Source of the DNA: Antedon mediterranea
Lineage: Eukaryota > Animalia > Echinodermata
Direction of reading: 5' to 3'
Length of the DNA: 64,000 nucleotides
Assembly: GCF_964355755.1 (NCBI RefSeq)
Contig: NC_092677.1
Location: 27,329,175 to 27,393,174, forward strand
Part shown: positions 12,810 to 27,400 of the stretch, piece after piece
How the letters are laid out: each line of letters opens with the position of its first letter
How positions within the stretch are numbered: position 1 is the first letter of the stretch
The notes under the pieces: model-generated
The model's database searches: none
The model's input: only the letters and a program-made list of their open reading frames with translations
Told to the model about the DNA's origin: nothing
Program-made: the position numbers and the translations under genes

Positions 12810-13311
12810 TTAAAGATGTATTGTTTCCCAAAAACATGAAAGATTACTGAAATCCGACTTTTGATATGCCATTTTGCAGTTTTGATAAAGTTATTCATTC
12901 ATTATTCTGTAGAAAAAAAGAAAAACAATAATTTCACTTCTAAAAAGACAAAATAAATGGTTAAATATTATTATTAAATTTCAATAAAAATTCAGACAGA
13001 CAATTTGACTGGCTTTAAAGGGTTTTTCAGGTAAATCATTTTTTTGTTTGATCTGTGCACACCATGCTTAACTCCTGTGTTGGCGTTCCAGTAAACCTAA
13101 GAATGTTGCTAGTTGATGTAATGTCGGGTGTATTAGAATCCTCCCGTACTGTAGGTGGACATCGTTCTTGTAAACCTTAGAGTCCTCCCGTACTGTAGGT
13201 GGACATCGTTCTTGTAAACTCAAAATCTTTCATCTTCTGCTTTTAATCTTTTTTTAAATGATACCAATTAACATTCTGGTTTTCATTAAAGCAGGTGTTC
13301 AACATCTTTAA
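12810..13311. mobile_element. Degenerate non-autonomous DNA transposon (TTAA-flanked, possibly Kolobok-like); related left end at ~57453-57600
   Basis: ttaaagatgt...acatctttaa termini; the 5' ~130 bp resembles 57453-57590 (ttaaagatgtatt...ccaaaaacatgaa...ataaagt...agaaaaaaa). Confidence 0.35.
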
Positions 13312-13737
13312 AATATTATGTATGATATAAATCATATAATCATCTCTCTACAAAGTAAGCCTGCATTTCATTCTATGCTTATTTATGATATCTGGTAGTA
13401 ATATGATAATATGATAAACTTGCCAATGCTGGTGTGATGTTTATAAATTAGCAGTCACTTCATCCTCTCAACTCATTTCATGTAGATTATGTTTAATGTT
13501 GTATCATATACAGAGTGTGAAACATGCCAGTAACTAGGCGAGAAGGGAGCACATGATAGATAACCAATGTTGTACCTTTATTGTCACACATTGCCATGGT
13601 GAAATAGCTTCTTGTGTCACATTATTTCTCAAAATGGTGTTATTTATTGACAGGTTTTGTTAGATTTATATATATTTTTTTCAGAAATGTATTGAAGTTT
13701 ACAGAAGTAATAAACTTATGACCACAATCTATACCTG

Positions 13738-15008
13738 TATTATCATCATTATCAATATCATCATTATCATTATCAATATATCATCATTATCATTACCAAT
13801 ATCATTATTATCAATATTATCAATATCATCATTACCAATATCATCAACAATATCAATATCATCATTATCATTACCAATATCATCATTATCATTACCAATA
13901 TCATTATTATCAATATCATCATTATCAATATCATCATTATCAATATTATCATTATCAATATCATCATTACCAATATCATCATCATTATCAATATCATCAT
14001 TATCAATATCATCATTACCAATATCATCATCATTATCAATATCATCATTATCAATATCATCATTACCAATATCATCATCATTATCAATATCATCATTATC
14101 AATATCATCATTATCATTATCAATATATCATCATTATCAATATCATTATTATCAATATCATCATTATCAATATTATCAATATCATCATTACCAATATCAT
14201 CATCAATATCATCATTATCATTACCAATATCATCATTATCAATATCATTATTATCAATATCATTATTATCAATATCATCATTATCAATATCATCATTATC
14301 AATATCATCATTACCAATATCATCATTACCAATATCATCATCATTATCAATATCATCATTATCAATATCATCATTACCAATATCATCATCATTATCAATA
14401 TCATCATTATCAATATATCATCATCATTATCAATATCATCATTATCAATATCATCATTATCACTATCATCATTACCAATATCATCATCATTATCAATATC
14501 ATCATTATCAATATCATCATTATCAATATCATCATTACCAATATCATCATCAATATCATCATTATCAATATCATCATTATCAATATCCTCATTATCAATA
14601 TCATCATCATTATCAATATCATCATTATCAATATCATCATTATCACTATCATCATTACCAATATCATCATCATTATCAATATCATCATTATCAATATCAT
14701 CATTATCACTATCATCATTACCAATATCATCATCATTATCAATATCATCATTATCAATATCATCATTATCAATATCATCATTATCAATATCATCATTACC
14801 AATATCATCATCAATATCATCATTATCAATATCATCATTATCAATATCATCATTATCAATATCCTCATTATCAATATCATCATCATTATCAATATCATCA
14901 TTATCAATATCATCATTACTAATATCATCATCATTATCAATATCATCATCATCAATATCATCATTATCAATATCATCATCATCAATATCATCATCATCAA
15001 TATCATCA
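13738..15008. repeat. Compound (ATC/ATT/AAT)n microsatellite, e.g. atcatcattatcaat units
   Basis: ~1.27 kb of 15-18-bp subunits built from ATC/ATT/ACC/AAT triplets; yields spurious low-complexity ORFs. Confidence 0.95.
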
Positions 15009-18000
15009 CCACTGTCCTCATTCTTTATCATTTTTATCTTTAATTTCTTATTAATAGAAGTATCAACATTGATATTACTTTTCTTTTACTTTTACTCTGG
15101 ATGGATCTTCGCTCAAGAAGCGTGCCATTGTTTCAAAACTGTAGCTTCCAAATAAATTTAATACAATTATTATTATTCTTTTTTTTTTATCATTATTTTG
15201 AAATTATTATCATAAATATTAAATCAATCATTATGATATTTAAAAAAAATTTTTTATCTAAAAATAATGACAAATTTCCCTGAAAATCTAAACTGCTTTA
15301 GAAAGAAATAGAGAACAAAAATATTAATTTTCTATCTATTCTGCCAAAAGCATTATACAAAAAAAAACTTGAATGGTAGGCTATACTGTGCATTTTCTCG
15401 TTACCATGATGATGATGCATTTTTTAAGAATGTTTAACGTTGCTAAGAACGCATCCGGTTTGTTTTATTACACCGTATAACATTTGTAATTTAAAACTTG
15501 CAAAGAGAAATCCATATTTAATAATCATAATAATTTATATGCCATGCAGTAATAACAACGATGTTGAAATGGATTAGTCTCTTTCCCATGAAACATTTTT
15601 CTTTCAAACACATACAACATATGTTATTTATAGTTTAGTTGGAGCAAGATGTTTTGGTGGTGAGTGGTAGTATTTTATTTAGGTTTTTTTATGCTGCCAT
15701 ATAGCTACATAGGATAATTCTGTAAATAATGGCGCATCTCTGTTTCTCCGCTTTTATGCTCAAACATGTGTGCCTTAAATTTCTACAGTATTTTTGGCCT
15801 ATTGTATGCCTATTTGCTGGAGGGAGGCTTATACTTCATTCAATGTATCATGTCTGTTGTACACCTTTGGATCCTTGCCCAGGGAATATCACAAATCTAG
15901 CAGTAAACTGATATTACTAATCTTGTAAATAGCCCATCTAAATCCACTTGAGGATTTCCACATGGAACAATCCATTTCTGCTAATGGGGGTGTAAATCCT
16001 AACTTATACATTTCTTACTAATTTATGTGGTTATACACAATAAAAAAAAACTATTTAAACTAAAAATATGATCTTAGTTAATATCCAAAAAGATAATCAA
16101 AATGTCAAAGGTCAAGCAATCATCTAATTTCCAGCATACCTTATGTTAAAATATGCAATAAGAATTTCTTAAGTGCTCAATTGGAAACTAATTGATTGTA
16201 TCAATATGTTGTTTTTAATGCAGTGCTCATCATTATTATCAACTATTTTTAGCTTTCATCAGCCAGCATTCCTTCATAATCAGGTACTGGTAGTAGTATA
16301 ACGATAATATTTCATACATATTCAGCAGCATTAGGCACCAACAAGAATGTATTACAGAGACAAACCAAAAATCATTGCGAACAATTATTTATCCCATCTC
16401 CTGTTGGACGGATTCCAATCAAGCAAAGAGCGTAATACATTTGAAACACACACAAATGTACCAAATATTTTATTCATTTCATTTCATTTATTTTTTTATT
16501 CATTTCATTTATTTCAATATCATTATCGCAGCCTTAGCTGAATTACAAAGATATTTACATTTGTTCAATATTAAAATTTGTAAAAAAGTATAAAACCAAT
16601 GATAAAAAAATATAAAAAAGGAGGAAATTTACACTAGAAATACAATACAGGAACATTCAAAAAGTTTAGCTTAAAATATTAAAATAGAAAAAAAAACACC
16701 TAAAAGCATGCATGTAGCATAATCCCATGCTCGAGTACCACCCTAGGATTTTATGCTAAATTTGAGCACAACTCCTCCACTCCTGAGGACAATCAAAGCA
16801 TATTGTGAAACTCAACAGTTCTTTTCAGAACATGTGGTGTACCGCAAACTTTATATCAACATTTGATTTCGCCATGCAAACCTTCAAACAATTATTATTG
16901 TATTATATATAGAATGCAATCCAATTATAATCCCACCCCCAAATATCCCAGCCATTTGAGCTCGGTTATAACATGGAGCAACAAAAATTTGCTTCATGGT
17001 TACAATAATAGAAAATACAAACTTATCTTGATAATAGCCTGAATCAATTTAAGTTGACTTAAATTTAAAATGACAACTTAAACAACTTAAACAAAAGATG
17101 TGACAGTCTTTATAAATGTACAATTAGAAAAGACTTAAGCCAAGTATCCTACACATCAGTAATTTCAACCACAGATTTACAATAGATCGTGCTTATACTA
17201 ATAAAAGCTACATGAATAATTGATGGTCACTCAATGGTCAAATGAAACAGATGGTTAGTGGACAGTAAAGCTGAGGATTTTAAGTCTAGACTTAAATTCA
17301 GACAAAAAACTTCAAAGAGAACATGCCTATCAATGATTTTTTTTTCTTCATATCGATACATTTCTAAAATAATCAAAGACAACTATAATTTAGACTTCAC
17401 TTTACTACTTCAAAGCTTGATATATTAGAATGCTCATTTCAATTCTACTGTAAACATGTTTATTTTGTTAGTAGACGGAGAATAATGAAATAAACCTCTT
17501 AAGCTTTGTGGTAATTAAAAACATTAAAATATTGTGTCATCTTTTTTTTTAACCTAACGAGAAATACAGTAACATATAAAACTGACTCCAAATAACGAGA
17601 GGCAAGCCATGATTCAACGTTTGATCTTTTTGATCATCGGTATCAAGAAAACAAACCCAAAAATATTAATCAAAGTAATTTCTCAAAATGTACTTTGTAG
17701 TGCTATATGATTTACTGTAGCTCTTATTAGAGATTGTATTTTATGTAGAGAGCCATATTGTACTCATAGCCATGTTGACATTGCTTGGCTGTCATCTAGT
17801 TGACTCTCTTCAATAGTATTTCGGATTCTATCCGATGATAAAAGCACAAAATGCAAATATTGACAGCAGTTTCTACTTCATCTTCTTCAAATTTGAAGTT
17901 TTTCGTTCAACTATTGATCTAGTGTATTATTCCTACTGTAACAAATGTGTTTGCGCAGCTGAGCAATTTTTAAAATTATTTTTTATGGAAGTGATAGCTG

Positions 18001-18032
18001 CAGGCATGAAATATAGGTACAATCGGTCTTCA

Positions 18033-18271
18033 TTAACATAGTATAGGTATATCGGTTATCGTTAACATAGTATAGGTATATCGGTTATCATTAACATAGT
18101 ATAGGTATATCGGTTATCGTTAACATAGTATAGGTATATCGGTTATCGTTAACATAGTATAGGTATATCGGTTATCATTAACATAGTATAGGTATATTGG
18201 TTATCGTTAACATAGTATAGGTATATCGGTTATCGTTAACATAGTATAGGTATATCAGTTATCGTTAACAT
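18033..18271. repeat. 29-bp tandem repeat, ~8 copies
   Basis: ttaacatagtataggtatatcggttatc(g/a) repeated. Confidence 0.95.
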
Positions 18272-21269
18272 AATTAGTGTATATTTATCATTGTTAAAAC
18301 ATTCTTAATTTAATTACTTTCATCAGGATCGTGCGTTTGCTTTTTAAATTCGTAATAAATTCCACAAAGTACTATGTGTGGAGAAGACATCATGTTCCAA
18401 CGAGTTCTAAGATTTGAACGTCAACAATTTGTAATAAACATACATCATACATCATACAGTTCTATCCAAACAAACAATTCTAAACTATCTATTATTATTT
18501 AAAAATCGAAAAAAGTCAGGTCCATTCTATAGTCGCCACAAATTGACTTCTTTATCAGTACTTCTGTGAATAGATGATTAGGTGGGAACATGAACGCTGG
18601 TTTATCATTCCCAGTACTGTTTTGATCGTATGATTATTCGGGAAAACACCTTACAATGTTAAATTATATTATATACTGGTACTTGTTTTCGTGTATAAAA
18701 TTTGTTTTGAAAGCTGCTATTGTTTATTTGTATTATTTACTAAAGCTGTGAAAAATATAATTTATATTGATCAAAAGTGTGACTCATCATAAAAGAGAAT
18801 TCTGTAAATTAATCACGATATATGCTCTTAGAATTCATGAAAGTGTTGGTAGGAAGAAATATAAATATTTGTTGTGCTTTAAATTTATGATGGTAAACTA
18901 AATTAATTAAAATTATCAAAGTGTTTCGAAGGTAAATTGTTTTCCGAGATTAATCAGCATATAATACTGGAATATTTCCAAAGCAATTTAAACTCATAAC
19001 CCCAAGGCTGTATTTCCAATTCAAAGTCAATTTCATACTGAAAAGAGAATTTAAATTAGACCGATCATCCAACAACGACAAGATTTCGGTCAGATTATAA
19101 CGTGTTTGGGTCGATACTAGTACCACCTGGGTTCAAAACCGTGAAATCTCACAACATTATGGAAGCGAAAGTGTGGAATAGTATTCCACGGATAAGTGCT
19201 CACTCATGCGGAACCTTTACATCCCATTCATAAATAGCGTTGCATGAATTGTTAACCTTTCACCTCTATCTGTTATGTGCTTTTATCTGTTTTATACCAT
19301 CTGCGTTGTTTGTATTAGTGTCCAGTTGGTGTGAAAATCGTTCACCTGTGATTCAAAACTGTTGAATTATTGCTAGCTAATGTATTGTAAATGATATACA
19401 TTTGGTCCCATATTAAATTGAACGAATATATTCTAATTCTGGTTGAAGATGGATCGTGATACATTGATATAACAACCCCACCCTATAAATAACATAGTAC
19501 CCTCCAAAAGAAACTCAGTAATTTTTACTGGAAAAAAAACCTTTTTCACTGTTGATTTTCTGTTTCTTTTTATTATCCAGGAACAGGTTTTAATTGACAT
19601 TTATTATAAAAAATTTGTTATGGTACGTTATTAAACGTTTATTATACCAGTATAAGAACACATATTGAGAAAAAGCAGGTTGTGATCACTATAATTAAGG
19701 AAAACATCCAATAACACGAAAGGTTACACGGAGTCATTACAAAAAAGTGGAAGGAAAATAACAATAAAATGCCAGTCTTGTATTAAACTAAAGAAAAAAC
19801 ATTAATCCTGAAAAACAGTGACGATTAGAGAGAAGACGAGAAAATATGAGAGAGTTAAAAAAAATTACTGTAGATCCAATCTCATTCTTTATCATTAAAC
19901 CAATAACATCATCAATATTGAAATGTAAAATTATAATAAGAACGTATAAAAAAAGGTGAAGTGTTCAACAAGGTTATTTACTATTATGTTGTGTATACAA
20001 TGCTTCTATTGATTCATTCTAGCCATCTAGCACTGCAGGTCTTTAATGCACAAAATGTACATGTTTAAACTGTCATCACAACAATGTGCTCAAGGAACAT
20101 ATCATGATTTAAGCCATCCCTTGTAGGCCTACAGAATACGTGATTACAATGTTAGTAATGTTTAAATAAAAATCATGGATAAAGCCTCTCTATCAGTATA
20201 ATGATAACAGGATGCTGGCTGCTAGCTTCAAGTTTGTTCATATGGCTTTATTTAATACACAGTTCTATGATGGCATTGTGCAAACAACTTATAAAGTCAT
20301 TTAAATAATAGTACACCATAACCTATGACCTACTCATACTCCATCTTTACTTCCACTTCATCGTTTTTCTTTTTTTTTTTCTGTCATCTCCTATTTAAAT
20401 TAAATTTAAATTCTCCTTTCCTTTTATAATCAGTATATTTATTCAAAATTCACATACAAATTACATACATGGCAGCACATGGCTGAATTGCATATGTATT
20501 ACATTATAAAAACTATTTAAACTAAAATCACTATCAACAATACATACATATATAAAAACGAATAAATTAGACTGCAGTTACCTCAAATAATACAAGCAAA
20601 AAAAAATAAAAAAGTTACAGTTTGTTCAAAAGTTCAACCATAAAAGGGACAGGACTAGTTTGGAAACGTTTTATTTTATTTTCTATGTTTCTTTTCTTCT
20701 TTCAGCTTTATTTTCTGAGAAATATTGTAAACTGTCCCTTAAATATTCTCATTAATGCACTATCTGTGTAATGTAATTTATTGTCGCTATTAGCTTGCTG
20801 TCTCTTGGACGACCGAACGGAAACATCTCCTCTTTCATATGTTAATGAAACTGATATTCCCGTTCAACTTGCTGCATAAGATAGCATACATACATTCATT
20901 TCAATGTCCTATAGTGTCTCTTGTTTGCTTAGCAATAGTATGCTGTAATTATTAATGTAAATGGTAGATATTAGTTGCTTGATAATGTACAGTATACTTT
21001 ACTTTATACCACTTTGGTTTCATTGAAATATACAGATATTCATTTACTGGTCATTGTTTTCACTTTTTTCCTTTTGAATAGCAAAGCATTACATAAAATA
21101 GTCTACACAATAGAAGAGGCTTGCTGAGGAGGGTCAAGAGTATAGATATCCCACTATCATTGACGTAAATAGTGCACCCTCCGTTTTTTTATTATGTTCT
21201 AAAATATTTACATGAATTACTTTTCTTTTCATAGAACAAGGCAACAGATTGGTGCTGTTAGAAAAGAAA

Positions 21270-21444
21270 ATGGCGGAAGGATTTCAGAAGTTTTTAAAGA
21301 ATCTAGCAGAGAGCATTTCAGAAGAAGAATTGAAGTCTTTAGCTGGCGCTTGTCAAGACAGCATTCCAAACGACGAAAGACAGAAGTTTGACAAACATCA
21401 AGATCTCTTTAAATACTTGGAAAATGATGGAAAACTTGGTCCAG
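21270..21444 (+). CDS. PEA15: PEA15-like first coding exon (DED N-terminal part)
   Basis: ATG in aaaATGG context, CCAG|gtaagg donor. Confidence 0.9.
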
Positions 21445-24400
21445 GTAAGGAAGTATGATCCCCATATAAGGGAGTATGATCCCCATATAAGGAAGTATAA
21501 TCCCCATATAAGGGAGTATAATCCCCATAAAGGGGAGTTTAATCCAATCCACAAATCTTAATTACCATGCAAGCCAAATCTATATATAAATTTACGTAAG
21601 GGCAAAATTCGGTAAATCGCGCCTTACTTCTAGAATGTTTACTCGATGGTATATAAAGTTGGTTCGTACTTTCGATACTGATTTTACCCACCTGATGTAA
21701 CCCTGTTTACTAATTAAATGGAGTTTGATAATTACTTATTGACAATTAAAACGAATTTAGGTTCAACGATTTGCCCCAAATAGGGGTGTTTTCCGATCGT
21801 GGTATACACTGTCCAATGCATGTCTATCTTGAAAAATACCCGCATACAATAATACGAGGATGCTTCGCATTTTCCTATCTCCTCCTACGATAATTGTTTT
21901 TAATGGCTGAAAACCGGTTGAACAGCTCGAGTACAGCATCATAATGTTGAAGACAGACCTATTTTCTTAAAAACATACTATTTTGATAGATTTAATATAC
22001 ATTTAAACAAATGTCTTGATTTCCGATGAATGGAACATTTCAATAATAACTCTTTGCTTTAACACAATTACCACCAGCTGTAGGTAAATTTATTGGCCCT
22101 TGGGGAATTAACCTAAAACCTATATATAGATATAGTATTGCAATACTTGGACATTACTGTAAATACGTATTAACATTTGTGGTCGCCATTGAATTTACTG
22201 TGAGTGTGGGTACTGTTAGATGTATAACACAATCATGTACAAATAAACGTATTACTGTGAGTGTGAGTAGGCCCTACTGTATAGAACGTACAATATACAA
22301 ATAAACTGTAGTACTGACAGTTGCTTCTCAACGTTTGTATTAATTTACAAAGAATATAAACGTTGTAGTGGTACGTGTATCGTTACATGTACTATGCTAT
22401 TTCAATCGACTATGACAGTGACAGTTTTAACAAAGTATTAAATCGCAAATGTGTTACTGTATCAAGTGGTATATTATTTATAGGCCTGTGAGTAGGCCCT
22501 ACTGTTATATAAAACGTACAATATACAAATAAACTGTACTACTGACAGTTGCTTCTCAACGTTTGTATTAATTAATAATTACAAAGAATATAAACGTTGT
22601 AGTGGTACGTGTATCGTTACATGTACATGCTATTTCAATCGACTATGACAGTGACAGTTTTAACAAAGTATTAAATCGCAAATGTGTTACTGTATCAAGT
22701 GGTATATTATTTATAGGCATGTGAGTAGGCCCTACTGTTATATAAAACGTACAATATACAAATAAACTGTACTACTGACAGTTGCTTCTCAACGTTTGTA
22801 TTAATTAATAATTACAAAGAATATAAACGTTGTAGTGGTACGTGTATCGTTACATGTACTATGCTATTTCAATGGACTATAACAGTGAACAGTTTTAACA
22901 AAGTATTAAATCGCAAATGTGTTACTGTATCAAGTGGTATATTATTTGCAGGCCTATCAAACATGAAAAACATATTTCGTTACTGAGTAGATAAAGAATA
23001 TATTAAAACATTGTTCTTCTTTGTACCCATATCCTCTTCCCCATCCCTCAACCCTAATGTTACACACAAAACACAAATTGGGTTTGTTTAAATGAGTCCA
23101 AATAACAAATTTGGACTCATTTTGTGACAAGTTTCTCTTTCGGAAGTAATTCCCACTGTGCTAATTTCAATTTAATACATAAATCATCGTGTCTATTTAT
23201 TCGTTTCTGTAAACGATAATAACTATTATCGTCCTGCAGTACGTACATTAAAAAAAAGCATTTTTTACGCTGATTATTACTGTGTATTCGAGAACCATCT
23301 GTGGGCACGACCTAGATGGTACGCGAGCGAAGCGAGCGTACCATCTAGTGTTTAAAAACTAATGTAAATGTGTCAACAATGTGATCTCCAAAAAGAATAT
23401 TTAAATTAATAATAATTATTTGTTTTATTACATAAATTAAATATGAATGCTAATGAAACATATTCACAAAATTTTAAAATAAACATACTGTCTGTAGTAG
23501 TGATATTAGATCATGTTTAACTTTAAGAAACCATGTTTCCATCCTGTCATGTGATTGATGTTGCATAAAGTGTTGAAATGTTAAAAATGTTATTTTTAAT
23601 TTAAAAAAAAGTAAAGCAATGATAAAAAAAACAAGATACTAAAATATTATTACGGTAGGTCAAATTTAAAGAGCAAAGCTGTGAATGGAATTAGGGCAAA
23701 TTTTACTGCATAATAAAAACAGTTTTACTGCAGTAATCATGTAAAGTTAACTACGCCCCATCATGTAATACTACTATCAGTATCATTGCTAGCTAAACTA
23801 TGATAATGACTGAGAATCTTTTTTTTATTTATCACAGAGTGGGGTTCCTAACAGACAACAGTTTTCTGTCACCATTAATGAATTGTTGTCGACAAACCTT
23901 CTGAGCTCAATCAAACCTTTTTTTTTATTTTGTGGTGCTATTTTATCTTACCCCTTTTCTGTACCCCTTTCACATATTGCCATTTATTTATCTTCCTGTG
24001 TTTTATATGTGTCGTAATTCTCTAATGCCCCATTTACTAATCAGCTACAAGTGATTAATTTAGTCAAGTTGTTGCATATTCATAAGCGGTTATGAATATT
24101 TAATGAGCATTGAATCCAAATGTGTCAATCTAACAAAAAACAATTTTGTAACTATATCCAGTCAATCAACTTTATATAGACAAAAAAAAACACAAATTGG
24201 AAAACAGTATAATATTGTTTTGGTAGCATCTGTCCTATATCATTTTAAGCTAGATGGAATAAACCATGGCATTTGTTTCATAGAGTATATACAGTATTCT
24301 ACTCACTTGTTGTACTTAAAGCCCCATTCCCTACGTTTTTTAGATCTAATTTAAGATCACAAAGTATATTTAATGTAAAAATAATACTATATGGTCCTAT

Positions 24401-27400
24401 TGCGATAACTTTTTTCGTCTTTAAACGGTTAAAAATGTGAAAAATAAGTCGATTCTAATAATTATAGCGGCCCGCTATAAATCCCAAAATGCATTGCGCG
24501 CGGATTGATATTTTTGTTTTTCACCTGTAATTCGCCCACTTTTCGATCGATCGTGAGGCCAAAACAAATGGAAAACTTCTAACTTTTCAGCAAAAATACC
24601 GGGTTTTCCCCAATTTGTATCAACGGAGTCTGGAAAAAATAGAAAGACAATTAATGCAGCAACTATACAACGTCAGGCTAGGTTTATAGCTAGCGTACGA
24701 TGTTCGTACGTTACCGATGTTTACCAGCTAGGCCTACAAAACTAAGCCTAGCTAGGCTAGGCCTAAGACCGTCCACGAGAGGTCGATCGCCGCGAGTTAC
24801 TTAGGTAGTGCATTGTTTCTCACTTTTTATCATAATTTACCATAAAACGTACATTTAAGACAAGGAATTACATGGTTTAATGTTTTTAAAGTGATATATA
24901 TGTATTATTTTCCAAAAAACGTCCAAAATTGCAGGGAAGGGGTCTTTAAGGTATTTAAATTTTTATCAAAAACGACATTAAGCCGTTTTAACAACTAGTT
25001 CAATTATCATACATCAAATTTAGAAATATTAAAGATTTTTATTCGCGAATTGCTCATTCGGAGTTTAATATTTATTAAGATTCAAAAACCAATCTGGGAT
25101 TTGATCATTTTTATCTTGTCTCCGAGAAACTCATCCATCAAATAAATTTACACTCAACTCTCTTTAGCAATACTGGACACTTTTTGTCTGGCCTGATATG
25201 TCTTGTTTTCTGGAAAGTCTTATTCTGATGGTGTTTTGAAAGGTAAAAAAGAACTTGAAACCTCTTTAGGACATTAGGGAGATTGAGGTGATTCAACATG
25301 TGATAAAAAATGTATTTCAAATATAAAATTGACAAAAGAATGCTCAATATTTTATCAAATATAATTCAAAGCATTTATTATGATACAAGAAAATTAATAA
25401 ATTAAAATAAAATACAGTGTAAATACTGGCACATAATGCTTGCCACCCTTCTATTTTTTTTATATTCAATTTTTTTTTATAATTTCTAATTATATGTTTC
25501 AGTGAAATTCTCCAATGAAACACCTGCTATCTCTTGGCAATACACCTTATTTCAAATCCTCTATTTTATTCATTTCATATTGATTTTTTTTCGTCGCTTT
25601 GGCATAACAAGAAAATTATTTATACATAATAGAATACATGAATGGGAATTTTGAATTTTGGAATCATCTACACATAATATTGATATATATTATAATCAAC
25701 CATGAGAAAAAAGTACCATGCATCAACTATCTCAATACCAAACACCTGGGCATATTGTGTCTGGTTTTCTGAAGAGTCTGGTATTCTGAATGTGTTTTTA
25801 ATGTGGGTAAACAAATTACTAGTGTATGGACCTTAAAAAAGATCATAGTTTCTGGTTTTGGGAGAGTTGAGTGTATTAAAAAATAGCATGATTGTGTGTT
25901 ATGTGTCACTATGGTTTTGTATCTTATTTGCAACAAATTAAGTTGGTGACGGCAACAACAAACCAACATTAATGACAAATAATTGTTAAAATATTGATGG
26001 TGACAACATAATGTTGATAGCTAGTTCATAATGCTTGGATTTCAAAAAATAAACATACAATACTTTACATGGTTCAAGGCACTTATCTATCCTATCAAAC
26101 AGGGAATAAAACAATATGAGGTACAGTACATATTATTTCACAACAAGGTTCCTATAGCAGGCAATGCTGGTCATATCACTCTAATGACGAAACGTGCCTG
26201 TAGTGAAATACAACAAGAAGAATCTTAGTTCAACTTGTGTTGTTTTTATTACTCTGCCTTTGTGTTTCAAGAACACAAACTAGACGATCTGAAAAAAATG
26301 TATGTAGGCTACAATTAATATAAGTATTTTTAACTGCCCCACATTCCAAAACGAAAACAAAATTAAGTTAATATTATTGATAAAAATGTGATTCGTGCAT
26401 GAGCTAATCTCCTAACTGCATTCGGAACTACTTTTAAATCTGTAATGAGTCTATCGCTAGCATGAAATAAGCGCCACAGATTCAGCGGTTGAATTATGAG
26501 AAGACATGATGAAAGAATGAACCGCTCAAAGAAATTCTCTTTTTGATTTTTTTTAGTCATTTAATCCTAAGTTTAGTTGTATGATGTGGCCACATTATGA
26601 GGAGAATAAAGCATTAATGGACATAATAATGTCTCTGCTACATACCACTAATCTGTGTATGGTCATGTGTGCATGGCTTGTCCTCATTTTCAATGTAGTA
26701 TAAAGTGTTATTTTATAGTCTACTATAATGCCCAGTCTTCTAAAACTTTGTGCCCAAAATAAGTAAATGTAAGCTTCTTCTTCCAGGCTGTTGTGCAGCA
26801 GGAATAGAATGGCATATTTTCTATGATACTAAACAGACACTTAATTACGGGAAAAAATAATATGTCCACTACATTTAAACATGAAAAACTACATCGAGGC
26901 AATTTGTAATTGGTTCTTGTGGACCTTGTCGATGTTTGTTTTGTCTTGTATTTATGTATTCCAGTCTGTTAATTGCGGGCTCCCTACTGTTAATTGCAAA
27001 TTGAAATTGAAAAAAACAAAAATTTACTTAACTAAAAAATATATACATAAGATATACAAAACAAAATATACAATACCCATCAATGGATAGTAGAAATAGA
27101 CATTCATTGTATTGGTCTTTAGAAGGTTTTACTAGGCCTACAGCAGTTCTTACTGCATTATTTTATTCTTTTATAGATAATTTATCATATCTGGAACATG
27201 CATTAGAAAAGATTTGTCGTCCAGATTTGGTAACTCAGGTGTTGGATTACAAAAAGACGACCACCTCAAACGAAGACAGCAACAAAACTATACGTGGACC
27301 CGCAAGAAAATATAAATGTAAGTATTTCATTTATTATTTAAGTCAAACACACTTTACATTGTAGGAGAAACAGTAATATAATTCCAAGAAAAACCAACGT

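Noticed and set aside
13718-15043. 441-aa, 303-aa and 203-aa low-complexity ORFs
   Set aside because: Translations of an ATC/ATT microsatellite, with no splice, signal or domain support
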